Assembly (NCBI RefSeq): GCF_020734085.1
Contig: NZ_JAJAGH010000008.1
Location: 5,743-69,742 of the forward strand
Direction of reading: 5' to 3'
DNA length: 64,000 nucleotides
DNA from: Hominibacterium faecale
Lineage (GTDB): Bacteria > Bacillota > Clostridia > Peptostreptococcales > Anaerovoracaceae
Positions 9,642 through 19,361 of this stretch are shown here, piece after piece (position 1 is the first letter of the stretch; each line of letters opens with the position of its first letter). The notes under the pieces were generated by a model. It did not search any database. It saw only the letters and a list, made by a program, of their open reading frames with translations, and had not been told where the DNA came from. Position numbers and translations under genes: made by a program.

Positions 9642-10583
9642 ATGGAAATTCCTGTTTATTTGTTTACAGGACTTTTGGACAGCGGAAAGACGACCCTGAT
9701 TCAGGAGGTCGCTGGTGAAGAAGACTTTCTGGAGCCGGGGACGACGCTGCTGATTCAGTGTGAAGAGGGGGAAACCTCATTCAGCGATGCATTTTTGGAA
9801 CAATATCAAATAAAAAAGATCGACGTGGAGGATCCGGAAGAACTCAATGAGCTTTTTTGGAGACGTTGTGAAAAAACGTACCGGCCGGCTCAAATTATAA
9901 TCGAATACAATGGGATGTGGGAGCTGAGTACGCTGTTTGAGAGCGGAATTCCCGAAGACTGGTTCATCGGCGGCATCTATTCCACCGTCGATGCCGGGTC
10001 TGCAGAAATGTATATTGCCAACATGCGCAAGGTTTTTATGGAGCCGCTGAAGGAGTCCAATCTGATCATATTCAACCGCTGCGGCGATGATACGGATCGG
10101 CTCAAATTCCGAAGAAGCCTGAAAGCCCTTAATCCTCAGGTCCAAGTGGCTTTTGAGCGCACCGACGGCACCATGTTTGAAAACGAAATCGAAGAAATGC
10201 CCTTTGATTACAGCGGACAGACAGTGGTCATTGAGGATATGGATTACGGGCTTTGGTATCTGGATGCAATGGACCATCCCGACCGCTATATGGGAAAAGA
10301 GGTTATGTTTACAGCAAGATACTGCGCCAGCGCCAAAGCCTCTCAGAAATACTTTGTCCCCGGCCGCCATATCATGACCTGCTGCGAAGATGATATTCAA
10401 TTTCTGGGGTTTATCTGTGACTTCGAGGGTGAAATGCCCTTTGAACATGGAGACTGGGTACGGGTTACGGCTCAATTTGATTATGGTTTCAGCAAAATGT
10501 ACGGAGAAGAAGGCCCCCTGCTGCATTTGATTCATATTGAGGAAGGAAACAAACCGGAACAGGAACTGGTCGCCTTTACGTGA
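9642..10583 (+). CDS. COG0523-like paralog lacking the canonical CxCC motif
   Basis: P-loop-like GLLDSGKTT. The metal-site position reads IQCEEGE instead of CxCC. Co-oriented 30 nt downstream of the first paralog. Confidence 0.55.
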   Translation: MEIPVYLFTGLLDSGKTTLIQEVAGEEDFLEPGTTLLIQCEEGETSFSDAFLEQYQIKKIDVEDPEELNELFWRRCEKTYRPAQIIIEYNGMWELSTLFESGIPEDWFIGGIYSTVDAGSAEMYIANMRKVFMEPLKESNLIIFNRCGDDTDRLKFRRSLKALNPQVQVAFERTDGTMFENEIEEMPFDYSGQTVVIEDMDYGLWYLDAMDHPDRYMGKEVMFTARYCASAKASQKYFVPGRHIMTCCEDDIQFLGFICDFEGEMPFEHGDWVRVTAQFDYGFSKMYGEEGPLLHLIHIEEGNKPEQELVAFT

Positions 10584-10601
10584 TAAAAAACACAAGATTA
10601 A

Positions 10602-10640
10602 AAGGAGAGGCACAGCCGGCCCTGTGTCTCTTTCTTTTTG
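10602..10640 (+). terminator. intrinsic terminator after the folate/COG0523 operon
   Basis: agaggcacag...ctgtgtctct stem followed by a T-run. Confidence 0.5.
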
Positions 10641-11201
10641 CAAAAAGTAAACATGCAGGATGGACGCCCGCATTTTTGACTTGCACTTTTACACTCACTT
10701 CGGTTTATATTTATGAAGTTGAGGAGACAAAGCTTCTTTTCGGACAACTTTCCTTGTCCCAGCGTCTACACTATAACATTTACTCGGAAACATGGGAACT
10801 ATAACAAAGTCGGCTTTGCCGATTCTTAAAAGAAGTAGACTTTGTTGATACTCCGGAAATATCGCTGACGATATTTCCTACGTAATAAAAAAGATATAGG
10901 CCTATATGGCTGATTGCATAGCAGACGTATCCACAGGATCTGTCTGATTTTGTCGAAAAGAAAATTGCTTATTTGGCGCAATTAATTGTAAAATCATGTT
11001 ATGTTAGGAGTTAATTTACTAAAATGTTATCATATTTAGGAAAAAAGAGGGTATAATGGAAATAAGAGTATATGATGAGCGCGAAAATATCCGAAGGATT
11101 CAGGGAAAGAAAACAACAATTTCCGCAGCTGTGTATCGGGCAGAACCGGGAATGTTTGCGGCGATCTGCATTACTGCGGTAAAAGAAAAGAGGTTAGAGA
11201 A

Positions 11202-12794
11202 ATGTTGAGGAGGAAGAAAGAGCAAGAGTCGGCTCTTGGATACGAGTGTATGGATGAAATCTTTGACAGTCCGGAAGATGTTCTGATCGTTGCCGACCGC
11301 CTGAGTCTTAATATTGAATATATCAGCACAGGCGGAAATGCGCTGCTGGGCATACAAAATGCAGATACTGAAGGATGCGTTTTTACGCTGCTGGATCGGG
11401 TGGGAGTTTCGCAGGAAATCCTTGAAGCCATGCGGTTAGGCTCAGAGCCTTTTGAATCAGAGTGCTGTCTGACCAATCTGCGTACAGGTCAGGCCGTTTG
11501 GTGCAAATGCAGATGGCGCCTTGCATTTCTTTTTGACAGCAGCGAAGAAAAACTGATTTTTCATGTTTTGGATTATTCCAAGGAAAGGGCGCTGTTAGAT
11601 AAGACCAGGCAGGAACTTTTGGAAGCAAACCGGTCCAACGATGCAAAGAGCCGCTTTCTTTCCACCGTATCACACGATATCCGTGCACCTCTAAATGCAA
11701 TCATCGGCTTAGCGGATCTGGCGATTGAGCATAAAGAAGACGGGGAAAAGGTACAAGGATACATACATAAGATTTTCCGCTCCTCCAATTATCTATTGAG
11801 TCTCTTAAACGATGTGCTGGATATGTCAAGAATTGAAAGCGAAAGAATGTCCTTGGATTATGAGAGCTTTCAAATGTCGACGCTGCTGGAGTCGGTTACG
11901 GATATTATACAAACCCAAGCAGAAGACAAAAATCAGGAACTGGAAACAGAATGGATCATTGTTCATGATCATGTCAACGGAGATGCTGTACGGATCAAAC
12001 AAATTTTGATCAACTTATTATCCAATGCAGTTAAGTATACGCCCGAGGGCGGGAAACTCTTTTTTCAGGCCGTGGAAACTGTGGCAAAAACCGGCGAGGA
12101 TGATATGTACGTGACCTATCAGATGAAAGTATTTGATAATGGTTATGGAATGTCAGAGGAATTCTTGAAGGTTATCTTTGAGCCTTTTGAAAAGGAACGG
12201 AACGGTGTTTATGGAGGCGTAGAGGGAACTGGCCTTGGAATGGCCATCACCAAAAGTCTGGTAGAATTGATGGACGGAAAGATTTTCGTTGAAAGCAAGC
12301 TGGGAGAAGGAACGATATTCACTGTCAACCTGCCGTTGCAGCTCCAATTGCAGGAAACGGCGGATATGGGCAGAACCAGCCTGGCATCGTCGGAAAAGGA
12401 TGATCTTGCAGGATTGCGAATTTTACTTGTTGAGGATAATGAACTGACCGCTGAAGTACTCAAGGATATTTTAGAACTGACCGGATGCAAGGTAGAATGG
12501 GCGGGCAACGGGCTGGAAGCTGTCACTTCATTCCGGCTTAAAGGAGAACAATTCGATGCTGTTCTCATGGACGTACAGATGCCGGGAATGAACGGTTATG
12601 AGGCAACAAAACAGATCCGCAGCATGTCGGATGCGGGTGCCAGCGTGCCGATCATCGCGCTCACGGGAAATGCCTTCACAGAGGATATCCAGGCATCAAA
12701 GAAAGCCGGTATGGATCGCCACATTTCCAAACCAGTGCAGAGGCGGGAGCTTGCCAAGGTGCTGCGGGAAGTGCGCGGCATTGACAGAAAATAA
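11202..12794 (+). CDS. hybrid sensor histidine kinase / response regulator
   Basis: HisKA H-box VSHDIRAPLNAIIGLADL, HATPase G-boxes, and a C-terminal REC domain (ILLVEDNE...DAVLMDVQMPGMNG...K). Confidence 0.8.
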   Translation: MLRRKKEQESALGYECMDEIFDSPEDVLIVADRLSLNIEYISTGGNALLGIQNADTEGCVFTLLDRVGVSQEILEAMRLGSEPFESECCLTNLRTGQAVWCKCRWRLAFLFDSSEEKLIFHVLDYSKERALLDKTRQELLEANRSNDAKSRFLSTVSHDIRAPLNAIIGLADLAIEHKEDGEKVQGYIHKIFRSSNYLLSLLNDVLDMSRIESERMSLDYESFQMSTLLESVTDIIQTQAEDKNQELETEWIIVHDHVNGDAVRIKQILINLLSNAVKYTPEGGKLFFQAVETVAKTGEDDMYVTYQMKVFDNGYGMSEEFLKVIFEPFEKERNGVYGGVEGTGLGMAITKSLVELMDGKIFVESKLGEGTIFTVNLPLQLQLQETADMGRTSLASSEKDDLAGLRILLVEDNELTAEVLKDILELTGCKVEWAGNGLEAVTSFRLKGEQFDAVLMDVQMPGMNGYEATKQIRSMSDAGASVPIIALTGNAFTEDIQASKKAGMDRHISKPVQRRELAKVLREVRGIDRK

Positions 12795-12852
12795 ACAAGT
12801 ATGTTAAAATACGCCGGAAGCAAACGATAAATTGTAAAAGGAGACTTAGATT

Positions 12853-13242
12853 ATGTTAGAAACAGGAATCAAGGGGATGCAGCAGGTGACCGTTTGTGAA
12901 GAAAACAGCGCTCTGTCCATGGGAAGCGGCACATTAAAGGTATTTGCCACTCCGGCCATGATCGCGCTGATGGAAAAGACAGCCTGGATGAGCGCGGCGC
13001 CTCATCTGGAAGATGGACAGGGAACCGTGGGTACGGCGCTGGATATCAAGCATACGGCCGCTACGCCGCTGGGCATGACTGTGACCTGCGAAAGTGAGCT
13101 GATCGCTGTGGACGGCAGAAAGCTGACCTTTCATGTAACCGCCAGAGATGAAGCCGGTGTCATCGGTGAGGGAAACCATGAACGGTTCATCGTCGATAAT
13201 GAAAAATTTCAGGCAAAGGCAGATAAAAAAGCAGAAAAATAA
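12853..13242 (+). CDS. hotdog-fold thioesterase family protein
   Basis: 129 aa with a thioesterase-superfamily core (GSGTLKVFATPAMIALME...). AAGGAG RBS. Confidence 0.6.
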   Translation: MLETGIKGMQQVTVCEENSALSMGSGTLKVFATPAMIALMEKTAWMSAAPHLEDGQGTVGTALDIKHTAATPLGMTVTCESELIAVDGRKLTFHVTARDEAGVIGEGNHERFIVDNEKFQAKADKKAEK

Positions 13243-13280
13243 TCGGAGGGCAGCCTGATCAAAGGGCAATAAACGAGAAG

Positions 13281-13317
13281 AAGAGCGGAGATACCAGAGG
13301 GCATCCCTGCTCTTTTT
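13281..13317 (+). terminator. weak candidate terminator
   Basis: Imperfect GC-rich stem ending in TGCTCTTTTTC. Confidence 0.3.
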
Positions 13318-13768
13318 CATTATGCAGGAAATATCGATGAAATTGATATTGATCAATTGGGACAGCACTGCCGAGGGTGGTGCCGAAAGTTGTCGAATGA
13401 GAGAATTGGTTCAACAATGCATTAATTTTTTCTTGTTGTTGAGATTTTTCAACGCCTACAGGCTGCAATTTTTGACAAAGGCTTTGATATACAAGTTTTT
13501 TCCATTTAGGCAGCCTGCAAGCCTGTGTTTTAGCTCAACAAATGAGTTGTTTTCCCCGATTGTTGAACCAAACTCTTAATTTTCTCTAGCTTAATCGATC
13601 CAACGAATGTCTACACAAAACAAGGTTCCAAATATCCGTATTTCTATGTCGGCAGTTTTTTTGTTAAATAGCAGGAGAGGAAATTACATAAAATCAGAAA
13701 GCTTTTAATATTTCCCGGTCCGGCTAATATACTTTAAAGAGTATCTTGGCGGAAAGAGGAAATATAAC

Positions 13769-15136
13769 ATGAAGAATACCATTTTTAAGAAGCTGCCCAT
13801 CGGAAAGACCGGCGGGGGAGGGCTGAAGCGGACTTTAGGCGCTTTTGAACTGACCATGATGGGGATCGGCGTCATCATCGGTTCGGGAATTTTTGTGATT
13901 ACGGGGGTGGCTGCCGCGGAACATGCCGGACCGGGACTGGTCTTTTCTTTTCTTCTGGCTGGGATCGCCTGCGGCTGCGCGGCTTTATGCTACGCGGAAC
14001 TGGCATCCTCCATTCCCGCCTCCGGGGGTGCGTATACCTTCGCTTACGCGGGGCTGGGGGAAATCTTCGGCTGGTTCATAGGATGGTGCCTGACGCTGGA
14101 ATACGTGGTGGCTATGTCGGCAGTAGCGGTGGGCTGGTCGGCGTATATTTCCAATGTTCTGCCGGTCCTGGGGCTGGAGCTTCCCCAGGCCATTCTTGCC
14201 GACCCATCCAGCGGAGGAGCGATCAATCTTCCGGCGGCGGCCATTATTACGATCATGGCCCTTTTGCAGCTGAAAGGATCGAAAGAAAGCGCCAGACTGA
14301 ACAATCTTCTGGTTGCCATTAAGCTGACGGTCATCCTGCTGTTCATCGTTCTGGTTGCCGGCCGCATCGACCCGGCCAATTACGATCCCTTCCTGCCTTT
14401 TGGATGGGAAGGTGTCTGCTCAGGCGCTGCGGTGGTATTCTTTGCCTATCTGGGGTTTGATGCCATTGCCAATTCCGCGGAAGAGGTGATCGACCCGCAG
14501 CGGAACATGCCCAAGGGAATCATCGGTTCTCTGGTGATGGCTACGGTTTTGTATATTGTCGTAACCTTTATGCTGACAGGCGTGACCCGTTACTCTTCCT
14601 ACGCTGGTGTTGCCGCCCCGGTGGCCTTTGCCCTCAACGAAGCTGGCATTCGATGGGGAGCGGCTATGGTATCGGCGGGAGCCATCGCAGGACTGACTAC
14701 CGGGGTGCTGGTGTTTTTAGGAAGTGAATCCAGGCTGATCTACTCCATGTCCCGGGATGGGCTGCTGCCTCCGGCTTTTTCCAGAGTGAGCAAAAACGGG
14801 GTGCCGACAAAAGCAGTGGCCTGCGTATGGCTGATGGGCTGCGTTTTAGGCGGTTTTCTTCCCATCGGGACCATTGCCGAGCTATGCAACATGGGAACCT
14901 TGTGGGCCTTTTCTTTGGTATCAGTGACCGTAATAGTGCTGCGGGTGTCCCGCCCGGAATTGCGCCGTGGCTTTCGCGTTCCGGTAGTCCCTCTTGTGCC
15001 TCTGATTGCCATGGTGATGTGCGCCTTTCTTGCCCTGCAGCTGAGTGCGGTAACCTGGAAGGTATTCTTCATCTGGACCGCTGTCGGTATGTCCATCTAT
15101 TTTCTTTATGGCAGAAGGCACAGCTTTCTCAGATAA
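13769..15136 (+). CDS. APC-family amino acid permease
   Basis: 12 predicted TM segments. N-terminal GAFELTMMGIGVIIGSGIFV signature. Confidence 0.8.
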   Translation: MKNTIFKKLPIGKTGGGGLKRTLGAFELTMMGIGVIIGSGIFVITGVAAAEHAGPGLVFSFLLAGIACGCAALCYAELASSIPASGGAYTFAYAGLGEIFGWFIGWCLTLEYVVAMSAVAVGWSAYISNVLPVLGLELPQAILADPSSGGAINLPAAAIITIMALLQLKGSKESARLNNLLVAIKLTVILLFIVLVAGRIDPANYDPFLPFGWEGVCSGAAVVFFAYLGFDAIANSAEEVIDPQRNMPKGIIGSLVMATVLYIVVTFMLTGVTRYSSYAGVAAPVAFALNEAGIRWGAAMVSAGAIAGLTTGVLVFLGSESRLIYSMSRDGLLPPAFSRVSKNGVPTKAVACVWLMGCVLGGFLPIGTIAELCNMGTLWAFSLVSVTVIVLRVSRPELRRGFRVPVVPLVPLIAMVMCAFLALQLSAVTWKVFFIWTAVGMSIYFLYGRRHSFLR

Positions 15137-16439
15137 TCGTATAGCTGCCGTCCTGTCTGCAGCGGATTTCCGTCTGGTAAAATTCCTTGATGGCCTGAAT
15201 CAGAAAGGCGGTATCCTTTGAACCGGCTGTTTCATATGGAGTATGCATCGCCAGCTGGGCCAGGCCGATATCCACCGTATTCATGGGCACCTGGGTGTTG
15301 GAAATATTGCCCAGGGTGGAGCCGCCGGCCATGTCCGACCGGTTGAGGAAGGTTTGACAGGGAACATCCGCTTTCTCACAGATAGATTTGAATATGGCAG
15401 CCGATACGCCGTCGGTGGTGTATTTTTGGTTGGCGTTATACTTGATCACCACGCCGTGATTCATGTAAGGCCGGTTGGTGGGATCGGTTTTGTCCGTGTG
15501 GCTGGGGTGAACGGCATGGGCGTTGTCCGCCGAAAGCATAAAGCTGTTTGCCAGCATGGTATGGTAGGCCTCCAGATCTGCACCCAGGCCCATTAAAATC
15601 CGCTTCAGCGTATCCTTGAGGAAGGTGGACGCTGCTCCCTGCTTGGTGCCGCTTCCCGTCTCTTCATTATCCAGCGTACAGTGAACCGAGATGGCAGCAG
15701 GGCTTTCCGCTGCCAGAAAGCCTTTGAGGGAGGCAAAGGCGCATTGAAGGTCATCCAATCTGGGACAGGAAATAAATTCGTCGTCCGCGCCCCAAAGGCT
15801 GCCTTTCATGCGCAGATATAAAAAGAGATCATTGCCTAAGATGGCATCTTCTTCCGTATCCGCGGCCTCTGCGATCAGTTTCATAAAGCTGCCGCGGGCG
15901 TTTTCGCTGCCGTATAAGGGTAGAAGATCGGTCTGGGCATTGAATTTATAGCCGTCGTTCACTTCCTTATTCATATGAATGGCCAGGCTGGGGATCAGCA
16001 GCAAATCCCGATCAATGGACACGAGCCGGGTTTGAACGGATGAGCCGTCCTTCACCAGAACCCGCCCGGCTGCGGACAGCGGCCGGTCAAGCCAGGGGGC
16101 CATGGACATGCCGCCGTATTTTTCCACGTTGAGCTGGATATAATGCTGCTCTTTTTCTATTTCACAGTTTTCTTTAATCTTAAAAGTCGGCGAGTCGCTG
16201 TGGCTGGCCGTGATATGAAATCCGACTCCTTCCTCTTTTGGGATATGAAAGGCGATCAAGGAAGAAAGATTTCGTGTTACAAAATAGCGCCCTCCCCGGA
16301 CCAGCTTCCAGGAATCGGCCTCACTCAGTTCCTCAAATCCATGTTCAGTCAATTCCCTTTTCATATTGTCAATAGCGTGAAAACAGCTGGGACTTTTTTC
16401 GATAAAGTCAAAGAGCTGTTTGTTGATATCCGTTGTCAT
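15129..16439 (-). CDS. M18-family aminopeptidase
   Basis: 436 aa. N-terminal FIEKSPSCFHA and H..D metal-site blocks typical of M18/aspartyl aminopeptidase. GGAGG RBS. Confidence 0.7.
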   Translation of the reverse strand: MTTDINKQLFDFIEKSPSCFHAIDNMKRELTEHGFEELSEADSWKLVRGGRYFVTRNLSSLIAFHIPKEEGVGFHITASHSDSPTFKIKENCEIEKEQHYIQLNVEKYGGMSMAPWLDRPLSAAGRVLVKDGSSVQTRLVSIDRDLLLIPSLAIHMNKEVNDGYKFNAQTDLLPLYGSENARGSFMKLIAEAADTEEDAILGNDLFLYLRMKGSLWGADDEFISCPRLDDLQCAFASLKGFLAAESPAAISVHCTLDNEETGSGTKQGAASTFLKDTLKRILMGLGADLEAYHTMLANSFMLSADNAHAVHPSHTDKTDPTNRPYMNHGVVIKYNANQKYTTDGVSAAIFKSICEKADVPCQTFLNRSDMAGGSTLGNISNTQVPMNTVDIGLAQLAMHTPYETAGSKDTAFLIQAIKEFYQTEIRCRQDGSYTII

Positions 16440-16511
16440 AATTCATCCTCCGTTGTTTGATGGTTCCTCTATTTTATAATAACCAAAATTGGGATGCAAG
16501 ATGTTTGAAAT

Positions 16512-16569
16512 TTGACATTGACAATAGTACTAATCCGTACTATAATAAATATGGTACGAATCAGTACTA
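16512..16569 (+). promoter_or_regulatory. marR promoter (TTGACA-17-TATAAT) overlapped by a 19-bp inverted-repeat operator
   Basis: TTGACA at 16518-23 and TATAAT at 16541-46. TAGTACTAATCCGTACTAT (16525-43) pairs with ATGGTACGAATCAGTACTA (16551-69) as an inverted repeat. Confidence 0.5.
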
Positions 16570-16583
16570 TTTTGTGGAGGTGA

Positions 16584-17024
16584 ATGATGAATATTCGTGA
16601 ACAGATCAAGCTGGTAAATCGTGCGCTGAGCGGCACTCTGGACTTGTACGGAGTATGGGCGAAAAAGCACGGACTCAACTATAATGCTCTCGTCATTTTA
16701 TATACGCTGGACGATTGTCAGACTTGTACGCAAAAACAAATTTGCCAATGGTGGGCGCTGCCCAAGCAGACCGTCCATGGCATTTTGCTGGATTTTGAGA
16801 AGAAAGGCTATCTTACAATAACAGCAAATACAGAGAATAAGCGTGAACGGCTCGTCGCATTTACAGAAAAGGGAAAAGCATTTGCAGCTTCCATACTGGA
16901 GCCCCTTTATAAGATGGAAGAGAAGGCTATGAAAAAGATGGGACAAGAGCAGCGAGCTCAGCTGATTGCCTGCAATACAAACTACTATGAATTATTAAAG
17001 GAGGAAATGGAACATGGAGAATAA
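16584..17024 (+). CDS. MarR-family transcriptional regulator
   Basis: wHTH region. Overlaps the downstream MATE gene by 11 nt. Confidence 0.8.
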   Translation: MMNIREQIKLVNRALSGTLDLYGVWAKKHGLNYNALVILYTLDDCQTCTQKQICQWWALPKQTVHGILLDFEKKGYLTITANTENKRERLVAFTEKGKAFAASILEPLYKMEEKAMKKMGQEQRAQLIACNTNYYELLKEEMEHGE

Positions 17025-18345
17025 ACTGGCCGGGAAGTTTACATTTGCTTCCTTGCTGTCCTTTGCCATTCCCAATGTAATTATGATGATTACCTTGTCC
17101 ATGTATATAATTGTTGACGGCATGTTTGTATCCCGTCTGGCGGGAACGACAGCGCTTTCGGCTGTAAACATGATTTACCCGGCAATCTGCTTTGAAATGG
17201 CCATTGGAATCATGATCGCTACCGGAGGAAGCGCCATTGCAGCCAGAAAACTGGGAGAAGGGAAGCAAAGAGAGGCACAGAAAATTTTAAGCTTTCTAAT
17301 TGTCGTGGAGCTGGTGATTGGCATTGTATTTGCCGTTGCAGGCAACTTGTTTCTGGAGGAAATCGTTCTGTTGCTGGGAGCAAGCGAAAGACAGCTTCCC
17401 ATGTCTCTTGCATACGGCAGAATTATATTTGCCTTTGCCCCTGCCTTTTTCCTGCAGACGGCCTTCCAGACCTTTTTGGTTACTGCGGGAAAACCTGCTC
17501 TCGGCTTGATGGTTACTGTGTCCGCTGGTATTGTGAACATTGTATTGGACTTTATTTTCATGGCGCCGCTGGATATGGGCGTGTCTGGCGCGGCTCTGGC
17601 TACCGGATTGGGATATTGCGTTCCTGCTGTTGTCGGATCGGTCTTTTTTCTGAAGAAAAAAGAGAATCCGCTTCATTTGGTCAGACCGGCAGTGGACTGG
17701 AAGGTTCTTCGGCAGTCATGTGCAAATGGTTCTTCAGAGATGGTGGTGAATTTAGCCAATGCTGCAACGACCTTTTTGTTCAACTATATCTTACTGGATT
17801 TTTACGGAGAAGACGGCGTTGCTTCAATAACGATCCTGCTATATTTCCAATATCTATTTACCGCCCTCTATTTTGGCTACTCCAACGGGATCGCGCCGAT
17901 CATCAGCTTTAAGTACGGAAGTGGAGATCAAGAGCAATTAAAAAAAATCTTTAAATGCAGTATCTTATTCTTGATCATAAGCTCCGTCCTGGCAAATATC
18001 CTGATCCAGTTGACCGTAACCCATGCCCTTACAATTTTTACGCCCGCAGACAGCAGGGTTTATGATATCGCCCTAAACGGGTTCTGGCTGTATTCGCCGG
18101 CGTTCCTGATCATGGGTCTGGGCATCTTTGCTTCTTCCATGTTTACGGCCTTTTCCGACGGGAAGATATCGGCTGTCATATCCTTTTCCAGAACCTTTAT
18201 TTTCATTGTGGGAGCGATTCTTATTCTGCCTTATTTACTGGGCGGCGCTGGGATTTGGATCGCTGTGCCGCTAGCAGAAATTCTTGGGTTTTTTGTGGCA
18301 ATTATCTTTCTCATTTCCAGAAAAGATCGATATGCATACGCCTGA
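17014..18345 (+). CDS. MATE-family efflux transporter
   Basis: 12 TM. MATE signature regions. Confidence 0.8.
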   Translation: MENKLAGKFTFASLLSFAIPNVIMMITLSMYIIVDGMFVSRLAGTTALSAVNMIYPAICFEMAIGIMIATGGSAIAARKLGEGKQREAQKILSFLIVVELVIGIVFAVAGNLFLEEIVLLLGASERQLPMSLAYGRIIFAFAPAFFLQTAFQTFLVTAGKPALGLMVTVSAGIVNIVLDFIFMAPLDMGVSGAALATGLGYCVPAVVGSVFFLKKKENPLHLVRPAVDWKVLRQSCANGSSEMVVNLANAATTFLFNYILLDFYGEDGVASITILLYFQYLFTALYFGYSNGIAPIISFKYGSGDQEQLKKIFKCSILFLIISSVLANILIQLTVTHALTIFTPADSRVYDIALNGFWLYSPAFLIMGLGIFASSMFTAFSDGKISAVISFSRTFIFIVGAILILPYLLGGAGIWIAVPLAEILGFFVAIIFLISRKDRYAYA

Positions 18346-18480
18346 AATGCTGAGGGCTTTTTCGGGCTGATGCCCGCCAATGGTATCCTTTTGGTGCCTA
18401 TCCCACTTTAAAGTGCCGTCTTTACAAGCTGAAAACATGCGGTCATAATAGACTTAACATGAATAGAGGAGGCCGCGGCC

Positions 18481-19353
18481 ATGGAAGATAGGAAACGGGA
18501 CAGCAATAAAGAGAAACTGAGGAGCATGGCTCTTATTTTAAACCGGGCCGATGCCCTTGTCATTGGGGCCGGTGCCGGTCTTTCTGCGTCAGCAGGCTTT
18601 ACTTACGACGGACCCCGTTTTACCGACAATTTTTCCGAGTTCATCGAGCGGTATGGGATGACGGATATGTACTCGGCAGGTTTTTATCCGTTTAAAACCC
18701 CGGAGGAAAAGTGGGCCTATTGGAGCAGGCATATTTATGTCAACCGCTACGATATGGAAGCGGGCCGGGCATACAAGGATTTATTTCAGCTGGTGAACGA
18801 CAGGAATTATTTTGTCATCACCACCAATGTGGACCATCAATTTCAGCTGGCGGGATTTGACGATGATCGGATTTTTGCGACTCAGGGGGATTACGGGCTT
18901 TTCCAGTGCAAGCGGGCTTGCCACAAAAGGCTGTATGAGAATGAAGATCAGATCCGGGAAATGGTGAAGCACCAGAAAAACTGCCGCATTCCCTCCTCGC
19001 TGGTACCGAAATGCCCGGTATGCGGCGGTGAGATGGAGGTCAATCTCCGCGCAGACGGTTTTTTTGTGGAAGATGGAAGCTGGCACCGGGCTGCCCGGCG
19101 ATATGAGGCATTTTTAAACGAGAACATGGAAAAAAGCATCGTGTTCCTGGAGCTGGGTGTGGGCATGAATACCCCCGGCATCATTAAATATCCCTTCTGG
19201 AAGATGACAAAGGGCATGAGCCGCGCTTTTTACATTTGCATCAATCGGGGAGAAGCCTGGGCGCCGGGTGAAATTGAGGATCGATCCATCTGTGTGGATG
19301 GGGATATCGGGGAACTACTCAACCAATTATTGCTGTACGAATCGAGGCTTTGA
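18481..19353 (+). CDS. Sir2-family protein (macrodomain-linked sirtuin, SirTM-like)
   Basis: GAGAGLSASAG NAD-binding loop, TTNVD, and CxxC...CPVCGG zinc motif. GAGGAGG RBS. Confidence 0.65.
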   Translation: MEDRKRDSNKEKLRSMALILNRADALVIGAGAGLSASAGFTYDGPRFTDNFSEFIERYGMTDMYSAGFYPFKTPEEKWAYWSRHIYVNRYDMEAGRAYKDLFQLVNDRNYFVITTNVDHQFQLAGFDDDRIFATQGDYGLFQCKRACHKRLYENEDQIREMVKHQKNCRIPSSLVPKCPVCGGEMEVNLRADGFFVEDGSWHRAARRYEAFLNENMEKSIVFLELGVGMNTPGIIKYPFWKMTKGMSRAFYICINRGEAWAPGEIEDRSICVDGDIGELLNQLLLYESRL

Positions 19354-19361
19354 AAAAGGAG

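Noticed and set aside
13322-13579. 85-aa ORF in the long leader of the permease gene
   Set aside because: No RBS, low-complexity hydrophobic product, and it lies in a promoter/leader region. Probably noncoding. No riboswitch or T-box pattern recognised there either.
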